Positions 9,892 to 19,524 of a DNA stretch of 64,000 bases are shown here, piece by piece. The position numbers were made by a program, and so were the translations under genes. Each line of letters begins with the position of its first letter. The first letter of the stretch is position 1. The notes below the pieces were generated by a model, which saw nothing but the letters and a program-made list of their open reading frames with translations, had not been told where the DNA came from and made no database searches. Origin of the DNA: an uncultured Acidimicrobiaceae bacterium (GTDB lineage: Bacteria > Actinomycetota > Acidimicrobiia > Spongiisociales > UBA5794); NCBI GenBank assembly GCA_964632475.1, contig CAZWDQ010000001.1, forward strand, positions 3,842 through 67,841, written 5' to 3'.

Positions 9892-10448
9892 TCTTCGACC
9901 CCCAGGTCTCGCGGAACGACGAGCGCCAAGTATGGGATTCCCACCGCGGCAACCTTGGCGGCTGCGATACCGCCGCTTCGATCCACGAGTGTGATCACCT
10001 GAGCGATCCTGATCCCGGCATCGGTGAGGACTTCGATCGCTTCGAACATGGCCGAGCCAGTCGTGGTCGTGTCCTCAAGGACCGCAACAAGGTCGTTCGG
10101 TCCGACGGGGCCGACCAACCGACCCCCCGTGCCGTGCGCCTTGGCTTCTTGCCTGACTGAGAACGCCCTCAGTGGTCTTCCAGCCGAAGCACCGGCAACG
10201 GCGGTCGCAACGGCGATCGGATCAGCACCCATCGTCAATCCGCCAATCGCGACTACCTCTGGATCGAGCACGTCAAGAAGCGCTTCCCCGACTGCGATGG
10301 CTCCCTCCCCATCGAACGTCGTCTGGCGCGCGTCGATATACCAGCCGGAGACCGCCCCGGAACGCAAGGTGAACGGTCCGTCTGTCCGGACCGCATGCGT
10401 CAGAAGATGCTCAACGAGTCGCTGTTTGGATGCCGATTTGGGGCTCAA
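9888..10448 (-). CDS. pyrE: orotate phosphoribosyltransferase
   Basis: It is a 186-aa type-I PRTase with the PRPP-binding loop VAVLEDTTTTGSA. Confidence 0.85.
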   Translation of the reverse strand: MSPKSASKQRLVEHLLTHAVRTDGPFTLRSGAVSGWYIDARQTTFDGEGAIAVGEALLDVLDPEVVAIGGLTMGADPIAVATAVAGASAGRPLRAFSVRQEAKAHGTGGRLVGPVGPNDLVAVLEDTTTTGSAMFEAIEVLTDAGIRIAQVITLVDRSGGIAAAKVAAVGIPYLALVVPRDLGVEE

Positions 10449-10659
10449 AGAAGAATCCTAGAAATCGCTCAAGGAATACTGATCGGGGTCGATACATTAA
10501 TCAGACAGGATGCCTTCCTACCTCCCGTCTAAGCCCGAGCCGAAGCCGCCGAAAGGCGGCTTTCGGTTCGTCTTGAGCCGTTTTGCCCAACAGCACCGAG
10601 TTCCAGGGCGCCCTGCCGATTGAACCGGAGCGTGCGAACGCCGCCCTATCGTCCGGCTG

Positions 10660-11343
10660 ATGGAACTCATCTTCATCCGACACGGACAACCAGCGTGGAG
10701 CGTCGACGGTCTCACTCAGCCCGATCCGTTCCTCACAGACATCGGTCGAGAACAGGCCGAACTCGGCGCCCAACGGCTCTTCGAGAGCGATCACCCGCTC
10801 ACAGAACTCGTCGTATCACCGGCGCTCCGATCACAACAGACGGCAGCGCCACTCGCTCGCCTCACCGGACTGTCCATCGAGACCGTCGACGACATCGTCG
10901 AGATCAAGATGCCCGACTGGACAGGCAAACTCGAAGAGACGGTACGGAACATCTTCCGTGACGCCCAGCATCGACCCCCGGAAGAGTGGTGGGATGGTCT
11001 CGACGGTGGTGAGTCGTTTCGCGACTTCCACGATCGGGTGACGAACGCTCTGCTCGGCGTTCTGGCCGAACGGGGTATGCGCCCGGATCCTGAGCGGGAG
11101 CATCTCTGGCTCGTCGACAATCCGGATCAGCGGATCGCCGTCGTGGCCCACGGAGGCACGAATGCTGTTGTGATCGGCTTCCTGCTCGGAGCGGCTCCAA
11201 CGCCGTGGGAGTGGGAGCGTTTCATCCTCTACCACGCATCGTTCGCGAGGCTCCGTGCGGTCCCGCTCGGCGGGGAACATGTCTGGTCTCTCCGCACCTT
11301 CAACGACAGAGAGCACCTCCCGATCAACCTCCGGACGCGATAG
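10660..11343 (+). CDS. histidine phosphatase (phosphoglycerate mutase-like) family protein
   Basis: The N-terminus reads LIFIRHGQ (RHG catalytic motif), and a VVAHGG motif lies later in the sequence. Confidence 0.75.
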   Translation: MELIFIRHGQPAWSVDGLTQPDPFLTDIGREQAELGAQRLFESDHPLTELVVSPALRSQQTAAPLARLTGLSIETVDDIVEIKMPDWTGKLEETVRNIFRDAQHRPPEEWWDGLDGGESFRDFHDRVTNALLGVLAERGMRPDPEREHLWLVDNPDQRIAVVAHGGTNAVVIGFLLGAAPTPWEWERFILYHASFARLRAVPLGGEHVWSLRTFNDREHLPINLRTR

Positions 11344-11356
11344 GTACACCGGCCTC

Positions 11357-12133
11357 TTACTTGCCGTAGCGGCGGGTTCTCCTGGTGAAGTCTCGGAGGG
11401 AGCGGAGGAAGTCGACGTATCGAAACGCCGGCCAGTAGACGTCCACGAAGGCGTACTCGGCATACGCGGCCTGCCACAGGAGGAACCCCGAGAGTCGCGC
11501 CTCGCCCGAGGTCCGGATCACGAGATCGGGATCTGGAAGATCTGCCGTGTAGAGATTCGCAGCGATGCCGTCGGCGTCGATGCGATCCACAAGATCATCG
11601 GTGTCATCAGTGGAGAGCTTCGCGACGAGATCCTTCACGGCGTCAACGATCTCCTGCCTCCCCCCGTAGGCAAGGGCGATCGTCACTCTCCGATCACCGT
11701 TCGGCATGCGCTCCTCGAGTCGCTTCGCCGATGCCCGGAGATCTGCCGGCAGCAGATCGAGGCTCCCGATGAAGCGAACCCCCACATCGTGCCCGGTCGA
11801 AGCGTTCGGAATCTCCTCGAACAACTCCATCAGGACCTCGTAGTACGGAAGAAGTTCCTCGTCCGGCCGCGCGAGGTTCTCCTTCGACAGCAGCCAGCAC
11901 GTCACGGCCGGGATCTCGAGGTCGTATGACCAGTTGAGGAATTCGACGAACTTCGCCATTCCCACGCGATACGACGCTTGGTAGTCGGGAAGACCCTCAC
12001 TCCTGGCGTAGCGGCGGTGGCCGTCGTGAATTACCCCGACGTGGCGCGGGAGTCGTTCCCGGTCGAGGGTCGCGAGCAAGCGATCTTCGTAGAACCGATA
12101 GAGCGGACGAGTCGCTGCGTCACGAAATCCCAT
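11357..12133 (-). CDS. short-chain Z-isoprenyl diphosphate synthase (cis-prenyltransferase, Rv1086-like)
   Basis: LYRFYEDRL..PRHVGVIHDGHRRYA...DLVIRTSGEARLSGFLLWQAAYAEY...RRTRRYG are cis-IPPS motifs, closer to Mtb Rv1086 than to long-chain UppS. The start is the internal ATG at 12131-12133. Confidence 0.85.
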   Translation of the reverse strand: MGFRDAATRPLYRFYEDRLLATLDRERLPRHVGVIHDGHRRYARSEGLPDYQASYRVGMAKFVEFLNWSYDLEIPAVTCWLLSKENLARPDEELLPYYEVLMELFEEIPNASTGHDVGVRFIGSLDLLPADLRASAKRLEERMPNGDRRVTIALAYGGRQEIVDAVKDLVAKLSTDDTDDLVDRIDADGIAANLYTADLPDPDLVIRTSGEARLSGFLLWQAAYAEYAFVDVYWPAFRYVDFLRSLRDFTRRTRRYGK

Positions 12134-12232
12134 ACGGGTCTCATGGTAGAGGCAGAAGAAGAGCGCGCATGCCGACTTCAGTCGTGGCAACACGGGTTTC
12201 GCTGGGAGAGAGAGGAGACCAGCATCGTGGCC

Positions 12233-12604
12233 ATGACGGAAGAACACAGAGGGGCGCTTGCCCAGGGTCGCCGCGAATCGAAGGCGATCAGGAGCCCCCT
12301 CGAGGCGATCACCGCGCCAGAGCGTCGAGGTCGCCCTGTGACACCGGAGATGCTCGAAGCGAAGACCGGCACCATCGACGAGAAGGTGCTCGCCGAAAGA
12401 GATCCGCTTGCTCGCGTGGATCTCCACCAGGCGAGGATCGACGCTCACGCGGCCCTCGACTCGATGACCGAACCGGTCGACATCGATGCTCTTGAGGCGG
12501 GGTTCGTCGCATACGCAGCCTCGTATTCGAGTCGAAAGGGAATCACGTGGCCGGCATGGAGTGAAGCCGGCGTCTCTGCCTCAGTGCTCGCTACCGCGGA
12601 GTGA
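12233..12604 (+). CDS. hypothetical protein (123 aa)
   Basis: Amino-acid composition is protein-like and a GGGAGAGAGAGGAG purine tract lies upstream. The opposite-strand extension of the prenyl synthase ORF looks non-coding. No recognised domain. Confidence 0.4.
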   Translation: MTEEHRGALAQGRRESKAIRSPLEAITAPERRGRPVTPEMLEAKTGTIDEKVLAERDPLARVDLHQARIDAHAALDSMTEPVDIDALEAGFVAYAASYSSRKGITWPAWSEAGVSASVLATAE

Positions 12605-12727
12605 AACGCGCCAGGAACGGATGACCGGCAGCCTCGTTTCTGCTTGGAATCACCGACGAATTAGCCCCATTCGCGGACGGTGTAGTCATGGCTTGTGTTC
12701 GCACCGTCCGTCGGTATTCTTCAAGGC

Positions 12728-13402
12728 ATGAACATCCCCGTCCCACGCTGGACGCTCGGGAAGATGCAGAATCCGATTCGCGGTTTCCTCCACGGGGCCG
12801 CGGCCATCGCGGGCCTCGTCGGAACCGTCTTCCTTCTGTTCCATGCGCCGAACTGGCCCAGCCGTCTCGCCGTTCTCGTGTTCGGCCTTGCCGTGATGGC
12901 GCTCTACACGACGAGCTCGCTCTATCACGCAATCCCATGGCGGGAACGGTGGAAGAAACGCATGCAGCGGATGGACCACTCCATGATCTACGTGCTGATC
13001 GCAGGCACCTACACGCCGATCGCCGCGATCGTTCTCGATTCGCCCTGGCAGTGGATCGTGCTGGCGATGGTGTGGACCATCACGATCGCCGGTGTCATTC
13101 AGAAAGGACTCTTCCCCAAAGTTCCCGGGTGGATCTCCGTGATGATGTCAACGATCCTCGGATGGATCGGCATCTTCTTCTTCTGGCCGATGATCCAACA
13201 ACTCGGCTGGCTCCCGGTTGGATTCGTTCTCGCCGGCGGTGTGCTCTACACGGTCGGGATGGTGTTCCTCGTTACCAACCGGCCTCGCTTGTGGCCGCGC
13301 GTCTTCTCGTATCACGAGGTGTTCCACATCATGACCGTGTTCGCTACATCGCTACATTTCCTCGTGATCTGGCGGTACGTTATCCCACTCGCCGCCGCAT
13401 AG
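12728..13402 (+). CDS. hemolysin-III / PAQR family membrane protein
   Basis: It has seven TM helices and conserved His motifs (YHAIPW, HEVFH). It neighbours the Z-prenyl synthase as Rv1085c-Rv1086 do in mycobacteria. Confidence 0.85.
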   Translation: MNIPVPRWTLGKMQNPIRGFLHGAAAIAGLVGTVFLLFHAPNWPSRLAVLVFGLAVMALYTTSSLYHAIPWRERWKKRMQRMDHSMIYVLIAGTYTPIAAIVLDSPWQWIVLAMVWTITIAGVIQKGLFPKVPGWISVMMSTILGWIGIFFFWPMIQQLGWLPVGFVLAGGVLYTVGMVFLVTNRPRLWPRVFSYHEVFHIMTVFATSLHFLVIWRYVIPLAAA

Positions 13403-13421
13403 CCCAAACGGGAGAGTCCCC

Positions 13422-13835
13422 ATGCCGAACGTGAACCGTCGGTACTCCGTCGTCTCCGAAGTCCCGGCCGCAGACCCGGAAGAGGCTCTTGCCCACTTCT
13501 CGGCGATGCTGCGATTCGAAGCAGATTGCTGGGACGTCCACGATGCCATGACGAACGGCCCGCAGGATTTCGTCCTCGTCGATGTTCGAGGGCCCGCCGC
13601 ATTCGAAAGGGAACACATCCCTGGTGCCGTCAACCTCCCGTATGGTCGGATGATCGAGCGAAACCTTGCCGAGTACCCGGACGACACGCTGTTCGTGATC
13701 TACTGCGCCGGTCCACACTGCAATGGAACGGAGAAAGCTGCTGTGCGGCTGGCGAAACTGGGCCGTCCGTTCAAGAAGATGATCGGAGGCGTCGAGGGCC
13801 GGCGCGATGAGGGCTTCGACATCGTCCACGGCTGA
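13422..13835 (+). CDS. single-domain rhodanese-like sulfurtransferase
   Basis: The active-site loop is YCAGPHCNG, and a GGGAGAG RBS precedes the start. Confidence 0.8.
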   Translation: MPNVNRRYSVVSEVPAADPEEALAHFSAMLRFEADCWDVHDAMTNGPQDFVLVDVRGPAAFEREHIPGAVNLPYGRMIERNLAEYPDDTLFVIYCAGPHCNGTEKAAVRLAKLGRPFKKMIGGVEGRRDEGFDIVHG

Positions 13836-13838
13836 ACG

Positions 13839-14162
13839 TCAACTGCCGACGACGGCCTCGACCTCGATCTCAACCTTCCACTCCGGCTCGAGCAGTGCAG
13901 CCACGACAACCATCGTGGCTGCGGGTGTCGCTGATCCGAACACCTGCTGGTGTGCCCGACCGATCTCGTCGGCTTCGCCGGGATCGGTGATGAACACACG
14001 GGTGCGGACGACGCCACCGGCCCCTGCACCCAAATCTCCGAGCGCCGCGACAGCGATCTCTCCGCAGCGGAGCATCTGCTCGTACGCAGTCGGGGCGGAC
14101 GCTTCACCCTCCGGTGGAATCGGGGCGGTTCCGGCGATCTCGACCCTATCCCCAATACGCAC
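13839..14162 (-). CDS. RidA/YjgF-like family protein
   Basis: It has the RTRVFITD motif typical of the Rid family and a GTG start. Confidence 0.7.
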   Translation of the reverse strand: MRIGDRVEIAGTAPIPPEGEASAPTAYEQMLRCGEIAVAALGDLGAGAGGVVRTRVFITDPGEADEIGRAHQQVFGSATPAATMVVVAALLEPEWKVEIEVEAVVGS

Positions 14163-14225
14163 ACCTCGGGAGAATCCGTAGCGATCCTCATAGGGGGACC
14201 CCGAACGGGCGTATCGACGAATCGT

Positions 14226-14567
14226 CTAGTACCGCTCGGGGAGACTCGGACCTGGGACCCGTATCAGCAGAAGCCGGGCATCCTCGTATCCGCCGTTGTG
14301 GAATCCGTACTCTTCGCCTGCCGAGATGTGGACCGTGTCGCCGGGACCAGCACGGAACGTCTGGCCCGCGACTCGGAATTCCAGATCACCGACCACTACG
14401 ACGTACATGCGGTGGGTCTTCTCTGAGACCCTGCTGTCACGCTCTGCCCCCATCGGGACCGAGATCTCAGCGACCGAGCCGATCGAGAACACGTCCGGGG
14501 AAAGCTCTCTCACGGTGAAGTCGCCGAACTCGAACGGAGCGGCGTCTGTGTATCGCTTCAATTCCAT
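14226..14567 (-). CDS. cupin domain protein
   Basis: It is a 113-aa protein with cupin motifs (GDTVHISAGEEYGFHNGG). Confidence 0.7.
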   Translation of the reverse strand: MELKRYTDAAPFEFGDFTVRELSPDVFSIGSVAEISVPMGAERDSRVSEKTHRMYVVVVGDLEFRVAGQTFRAGPGDTVHISAGEEYGFHNGGYEDARLLLIRVPGPSLPERY

Positions 14568-14656
14568 GGTCCGATGCTACGCCATTGACGTCCGACGGAA
14601 TCCGATTTCGTGATCGCCCTGCCTTTTCTGTCACACCCGCCGGATACGGTGTCCCC

Positions 14657-14806
14657 ATGATCGAAATGGCCCCCACACCCAGCATGACCGACAAGCAAGT
14701 CGAGGCATGGTTTGCCGCAGCCGGAATGAACGTCACCGTCGTCGAGCACTGCCCATCGAGCATTTGCCCATTCTGCACCGGAGACTCAGCCCCGATCGCC
14801 GCGTAG
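14657..14806 (+). CDS. small Cys-rich hypothetical protein (C-x4-C-x2-C)
   Basis: It reads MIEMAPTPSMTDKQVEAWFAAAGMNVTVVEHCPSSICPFCTGD and lies in the 279-bp gap between the cupin gene and vapB. Support is weak. Confidence 0.3.
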   Translation: MIEMAPTPSMTDKQVEAWFAAAGMNVTVVEHCPSSICPFCTGDSAPIAA

Positions 14807-14846
14807 TGCATCATCGCATCAGTCTCTGTGGTGTTGTGATGTCTCC

Positions 14847-15104
14847 ATGAGAACAACGGTGACCCTCGAACCGGACGTGGCTGAACGACTGAGACAGATC
14901 ATGAAGGAACGCAACCTCACATTCAAAGAAGCCGTGAACTCGACACTCCGCAGGGGATTGGGAACTGCGGTCGAATCCCGTCCCTATGAGGTTCCGTCGC
15001 ACGCTCTGGGGTTGAAACCGGGCATCGACGGCGACCGGATCATCCACTTCCTCGACGATCTGGAGGATCGGGAACGACTCAAGAAGATGGGGTATGACCT
15101 GTGA
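14847..15104 (+). CDS. vapB: type II antitoxin VapB (ribbon-helix-helix)
   Basis: It is an 85-aa protein starting MRTTVTLEPDVAERLRQIMKERNLTFKEAVNSTL. It overlaps the PIN-domain gene by 4 nt (GTGA). Confidence 0.75.
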   Translation: MRTTVTLEPDVAERLRQIMKERNLTFKEAVNSTLRRGLGTAVESRPYEVPSHALGLKPGIDGDRIIHFLDDLEDRERLKKMGYDL

Positions 15105-15529
15105 TCATCCCGGACGTCAACCTCCTCATCTACGCCATCGATGGCGACAGCGCTCACCCGCCCGCCGCGAGAACCTGGCTCAAGAACGTCCTATCCGGGA
15201 CAGAGACCGTTGGATTCCCCTGGCGCTCACTCCTCGGTTTCCTTCGCATCACAACCAATGCCCGAATCCTCGCAGCGCCGATCCCGTCGGGGACCGCTCT
15301 CGATATCGTCGATGGCTGGCTGAGCCAACCGATCTCCACGGTCGTCCACCCAACACACAGGCACGCCGCCGTCCTACGGGACCTTGTTGTATTGGCCGGC
15401 CTCGCCGGCGACCTGATTCCCGACGCTCACCTTGCGGCCCTTGCCATCGAACATGGGGCGACGCTCCACTCTGCCGACAGCGACTTCGCCCGGTTCCCTG
15501 CGTTGAAGTGGCACAACCCACTGGCGTAG
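15101..15529 (+). CDS. vapC: type II toxin VapC (PIN-domain ribonuclease)
   Basis: The PIN acidic residues are present (MIIPDVNLLIYA.. D..., ..LIPDAHLAALA..). It is coupled to vapB. Confidence 0.8.
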   Translation: MIIPDVNLLIYAIDGDSAHPPAARTWLKNVLSGTETVGFPWRSLLGFLRITTNARILAAPIPSGTALDIVDGWLSQPISTVVHPTHRHAAVLRDLVVLAGLAGDLIPDAHLAALAIEHGATLHSADSDFARFPALKWHNPLA

Positions 15530-15536
15530 GCAGTAT

Positions 15537-16886
15537 CTACAAGAGAGAGCGAAGCTCCTCGATCTGGTCGGCAACCGACTCGAACGAGCCACCACGGGGT
15601 GACCGTCTCGCCGCGACGGAACCCGTCGGATCGAGGAGGTCGAGGTCCCCTGAGATCAATTGCGGATGTGTCGCCTCCAATTCAGCCGCCGTAACGGTCG
15701 TGAAGTCCCTGCCCTCCGCCTTCAATCCTGCGACGAGTCCGCCGACGGCATGGTGGGCATCGCGGAACGGCACACCTCGAGCAACGAGTGCCTCAGCGAG
15801 ATCGAGAGCGACGACCCACGACGACGGTTGCGGCGGATCGAAGGATGCGGTCTCGATCATTCCGGTCAGGGCAGCGAGCGCGGTCGTGAGCACGTCATCT
15901 GCGTGGAACACCGCCCGCTTATCCTCCTGAAGATCCCGGTTATACGACAGGGGAAGACCCTTCTGGAGTGCGAGAAGGCCCGTCAGGTCCCCGATAACCA
16001 TTGCTGCCTTGCCCCGGGCCAGTTCAGCGATGTCGGGATTCTTCTTGTGGGGCAGGGCCGACGAACCGGTCGTGTAAGCGTCGTCGTACTCGGCCCACGA
16101 GTACTCCTCTGTCGCCCACAGCACGAGTTCTTCGGAGAGCCGTGACAGGTGAGCCATCGTCTGAGCGGCGGCGAACACGTACTCCGAAGCGAAGTCCCTT
16201 GAGGACACGGCATCGAGCGAATTCTCGAATGCAGCGTGAAACCCGAGGCTCGCCGCGACGAGATCCGGACGCAGGGGAAGAGCACTTCCCGCCGACGCTC
16301 CGGCTCCGAGTGGAGACACGTCGATACGCTCTCTCGCTTCGGCGAAACGATCCGCATCTCGCAACAGCATCCAGGCGTATGCGAGGAGATGGTGGCCGAA
16401 CGGGATCGCCTGGGCCTGTTGGAGGTGCGTGTACGAGGCAACGATCGTGTCGCCGGACTCTTCGGCTTGGTCGACGAGAGTGCGGACGAGGTGCTGGATC
16501 TGCTCGACCCGGTGATCGACGGCCCGCCGAAGGTAGAGCCTCAGATCGAGCGCGATCTGGTCGTTTCGAGAACGCCCCGTATGGAGACGGCCCGCGTCAT
16601 CACCGATCAACTCGCCGAGACGGCGCTCAACCGCGGTGTGGATGTCCTCGTCGGTTTCCCGGAACTCGAACCGCCCGGCGTGTGCCTCTCCGAGAACGTG
16701 TTCGAGCCCTTCCCGTATCCGGGTCACTGCACCAACGTCGAGCAGGCCGACCTCGCCGAGCATGTCGACGTGTGCCAGCGACCCGGTCACGTCGTCGACG
16801 AGCAAGCGCCGATCGGACGTGTCCGTCGTGAACCGCCACAACGTCTCGTCAGGCCCCGAGGCGAACCGGCCGCTCCAGAGTGTCAT
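15537..16886 (-). CDS. argH: argininosuccinate lyase
   Basis: It is full length, with fumarate-lyase signatures (TGRSRNDQ, GSSALPHKKNPD). Confidence 0.95.
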   Translation of the reverse strand: MTLWSGRFASGPDETLWRFTTDTSDRRLLVDDVTGSLAHVDMLGEVGLLDVGAVTRIREGLEHVLGEAHAGRFEFRETDEDIHTAVERRLGELIGDDAGRLHTGRSRNDQIALDLRLYLRRAVDHRVEQIQHLVRTLVDQAEESGDTIVASYTHLQQAQAIPFGHHLLAYAWMLLRDADRFAEARERIDVSPLGAGASAGSALPLRPDLVAASLGFHAAFENSLDAVSSRDFASEYVFAAAQTMAHLSRLSEELVLWATEEYSWAEYDDAYTTGSSALPHKKNPDIAELARGKAAMVIGDLTGLLALQKGLPLSYNRDLQEDKRAVFHADDVLTTALAALTGMIETASFDPPQPSSWVVALDLAEALVARGVPFRDAHHAVGGLVAGLKAEGRDFTTVTAAELEATHPQLISGDLDLLDPTGSVAARRSPRGGSFESVADQIEELRSLL

Positions 16887-16900
16887 GGGCGCTCCGCGCC

Positions 16901-16935
16901 GTACTGAGTACTGAGTACTGAGTACTGAGTACTCG
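16901..16935. repeat. (GTACTGA)x4 + GTACTCG heptamer tandem repeat in the argG-argH spacer
   Basis: The repeat was read directly. It places TGA in all three frames of the coding strand. Confidence 0.6.
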
Positions 16936-16953
16936 CCGGCGCCAGCCGGCGCC

Positions 16954-18171
16954 TCACTCGCCTTCTCCCATTCGCTTCTCTGCGAAGGTTCTCAGTCTGA
17001 GGCTCTGGAGACGGATGAAGCCGTCGGCATCGGACTGGTCGTAGACCTCATCGGCCTCGAAGGTCACCGTTGCCTCGTCGTAGAGGTCGTGACTCGTCGA
17101 GCGGCGTCCCTCGACCACGACTTGTCCCTTGTACAGTCGCAGCCTGGCCTCACCGTTCACACGGGTCTGCACGTTGTCCATGAACGCCTGGAGAGCCTCT
17201 CTCTCCGGCGAGTACCAGAACCCGTTGTAGACCATCTCCGCGTACCGGTGTGAGAGTTCGTCGCGCAGATGCGTGACTTCACGGTCGAGCGTCAACGACT
17301 CGACGGCTCGGTGGGCGTGATAGATCACCGTTCCCCCCGGCGTCTCATAGACCCCACGGCTCTTCATCCCGACGAAACGGTTCTCGACGATGTCGATACG
17401 TCCGACGCCGTGACGCCCACCGATCTCGTTCAGCAGCCTCAACAACGCGACGGGGCCCATCTCGACACCGTTCACCGACACCGGATTCCCGGATCGGAAG
17501 CCAACGGTGACAATCTCCGCCTCGTCGGGGGCGTTCTCGGGATCGGTCGTTATGCGGAACATCCCCGGAGGAGGACCCACCCATGGATTCTCAAGCACGC
17601 CGCCCTCGTAGGAGATGTGGAGAAGGTTCGCGTCCATGGAGTACGGCATCTCAGGGGTAGTCGGCACAGGAATGTTGAAACGCTTCGCATAGGCCTCGAG
17701 ATCGGCCCGGCCCTTCATGTCCCACTCGCGCCAAGGGGCGATCACCTCGATATCCGGCTTCAATGCATACGCCGACAGTTCGAATCGCACCTGGTCGTTG
17801 CCCTTACCCGTCGACCCGTGGGCAATGGCGTCGGCGCCCGTCTCCTCCGCTACCCGGACAAGGCCCTTCGAGATGACCGGCCGGGCCAGCGATGTCCCCA
17901 TGAGGTAATAGCCCTCATAGAGAGCGCTCGATCGCACGGCAGGGAACACGAAGTCCTCGACGAATTCCTCCACGAGGTTCTCAGTGATCGCTTCGACGGC
18001 CCCGGTCGCGAGGGCTTTGTCATGGGCCTCCTCGGCCTCTTCGCCCTGGCCGACGTCTGCTGTGTAGGTCACGACCTCCGCGCCATACTCCTCGATGATC
18101 CACCGCAGGATGATCGACGTGTCGAGACCACCGCTGTACGCGAGTACGACCTTCTTGATTCCTCGTTTCAC
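16954..18171 (-). CDS. argG: argininosuccinate synthase
   Basis: AYSGGLDTS is the PP-loop, and the protein is a full-length ArgG. Confidence 0.95.
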   Translation of the reverse strand: MKRGIKKVVLAYSGGLDTSIILRWIIEEYGAEVVTYTADVGQGEEAEEAHDKALATGAVEAITENLVEEFVEDFVFPAVRSSALYEGYYLMGTSLARPVISKGLVRVAEETGADAIAHGSTGKGNDQVRFELSAYALKPDIEVIAPWREWDMKGRADLEAYAKRFNIPVPTTPEMPYSMDANLLHISYEGGVLENPWVGPPPGMFRITTDPENAPDEAEIVTVGFRSGNPVSVNGVEMGPVALLRLLNEIGGRHGVGRIDIVENRFVGMKSRGVYETPGGTVIYHAHRAVESLTLDREVTHLRDELSHRYAEMVYNGFWYSPEREALQAFMDNVQTRVNGEARLRLYKGQVVVEGRRSTSHDLYDEATVTFEADEVYDQSDADGFIRLQSLRLRTFAEKRMGEGE

Positions 18172-18172
18172 T

Positions 18173-18622
18173 TCATACTCCTTCTAAGTCGGCGGCAATC
18201 GCCGCCGTTCCAACAGACTCATCCACAGCGATAAACACGGTGTCGTCCCCTGCCACCGAGCCAAGCACACCGGACATTCCCGCTGCATCGATCTTCCCTG
18301 CGACGAGATGTGCAGCGCCCGGCGGCGTGTGGAGGACGACGATCGGCCCGGTCGCCACGACCGACTCGACGAACTCGTTGACCACGACAGCGAGCGCAGA
18401 TCGGGCACGATGAACCTCGTCGGGATCCTGGATCCGATAGCGGGCGACATCACCATCGCGCGACTTGATGGCCCCTATCGACTCGAGATCGCGCGAGATC
18501 GTCGCCTGGGTCACATCGTGTCCCGCGTTCGTGAGGAGCCGCCGCAACTGCGCCTGGCTCTCGATGGACTCGGTTGTCACGAGTCGGGATACGAGCCGTC
18601 GTCTCGCTTCGGTGGAGCTCAC
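18173..18622 (-). CDS. argR: arginine repressor
   Basis: It has an N-terminal winged HTH ([24 protein letters not shown]) and an ArgR C-terminal oligomerisation domain. Confidence 0.9.
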   Translation of the reverse strand: MSSTEARRRLVSRLVTTESIESQAQLRRLLTNAGHDVTQATISRDLESIGAIKSRDGDVARYRIQDPDEVHRARSALAVVVNEFVESVVATGPIVVLHTPPGAAHLVAGKIDAAGMSGVLGSVAGDDTVFIAVDESVGTAAIAADLEGV

Positions 18623-19524
18623 GGAACCGGCTCCTTGGTGATCATCGTGCCGATTCCCTCCGGTGTGAACACCTCGAGAAGGACGGCGTGCTGGATGCGG
18701 CCGTCGAGGATGTGAACCCGCTCAACCCCGTCGTCGATCGCAGTTATACACGACTCGAGTTTCGGTAGCATCCCTGCCGACACGGTGCCCGTGGCCAGCA
18801 ACTCCTTGATCCCAGCCTCAGTCGAGCGCGCGATGAGCGAGTCCTCCTTCCCGAACACCCGGTAGAGGCCCTCGACGTCGGTCAGGTAGACGAGCTTCTT
18901 CGCTCCGATGGCCACCGCAATTGCAGCAGCCGCCGTGTCGGCGTTGACGTTGTATACCTGCCCATCCTCGCCCCTCGCGAGTGGAGCGATGACAGGTACG
19001 AAATCCTGATCTTGAAGGCTCGTCACCAGACCAGGGTTGACCTGGGATATCTCTCCGACGAAACCAAGCCGTTCATCCTTGGGACGGGCGACAAAGAGGT
19101 TGCCATCCAGGCCGTTGATTCCGGTTGCGACACAGCCATGAGCGTTCACCAGTCTGACAATGTCGGGGTTGATCTCACCGGCGAGCGTCGACTGGACTAC
19201 ACGGATCGTCTCAGCGTCGGTGACTCGAAGCCCCTCGACCCACTGCGGTTCGACCCCGCGCTGGTGCATCGCTTCGCTGATCCTGGGTCCTCCACCGTGG
19301 ACGATCACGGGGTTGATCCCGACATAGTGGAGCATCGCGACGTCGTCGGCGAAGGTGTTCCTCAGTCCCTCGTCCACCATGGCTGAGCCACCGTATTTGA
19401 TCACCACGGTCGTGTCTCTGAACTCCTTGATGAACGGCAACGATTCGGAGAAGATCCTGGCCTTGCCCATCGTTCGGGCGATCCTCGACTTGCTGTGATC
19501 GGGCGCTGTGTGACCGGTCGTCAC
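18619..19524 (-). CDS. argB: acetylglutamate kinase (alternative start ATG 19470)
   Basis: It belongs to the amino-acid kinase family (VIKYGGSAM, VHGGGP). The GTG at 19522-19524 overlaps the argJ stop. Confidence 0.9.
   Translation of the reverse strand: MTTGHTAPDHSKSRIARTMGKARIFSESLPFIKEFRDTTVVIKYGGSAMVDEGLRNTFADDVAMLHYVGINPVIVHGGGPRISEAMHQRGVEPQWVEGLRVTDAETIRVVQSTLAGEINPDIVRLVNAHGCVATGINGLDGNLFVARPKDERLGFVGEISQVNPGLVTSLQDQDFVPVIAPLARGEDGQVYNVNADTAAAAIAVAIGAKKLVYLTDVEGLYRVFGKEDSLIARSTEAGIKELLATGTVSAGMLPKLESCITAIDDGVERVHILDGRIQHAVLLEVFTPEGIGTMITKEPVP

Noticed and set aside
10449-10659. Locally AT-rich pyrE/histidine-phosphatase divergent spacer with a GC hairpin (GAAGCCGCC-GAAA-GGCGGCTTTC).
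   Set aside because: It is most simply a divergent promoter region plus a stable hairpin. There is no convincing small-RNA or tRNA signature.
11255-11929. A 224-aa plus-strand ORF opposite the Z-prenyl diphosphate synthase.
   Set aside because: The antisense strand carries a strongly supported cis-prenyltransferase. The ORF has no motifs and an Arg-rich composition.
12134-12448. N-terminal extension of the prenyl synthase ORF back to ATG 12448.
   Set aside because: Rv1086-like enzymes start at the LYRFYE region. The extension is His/Arg/Cys-rich and overlaps a more protein-like plus-strand ORF.
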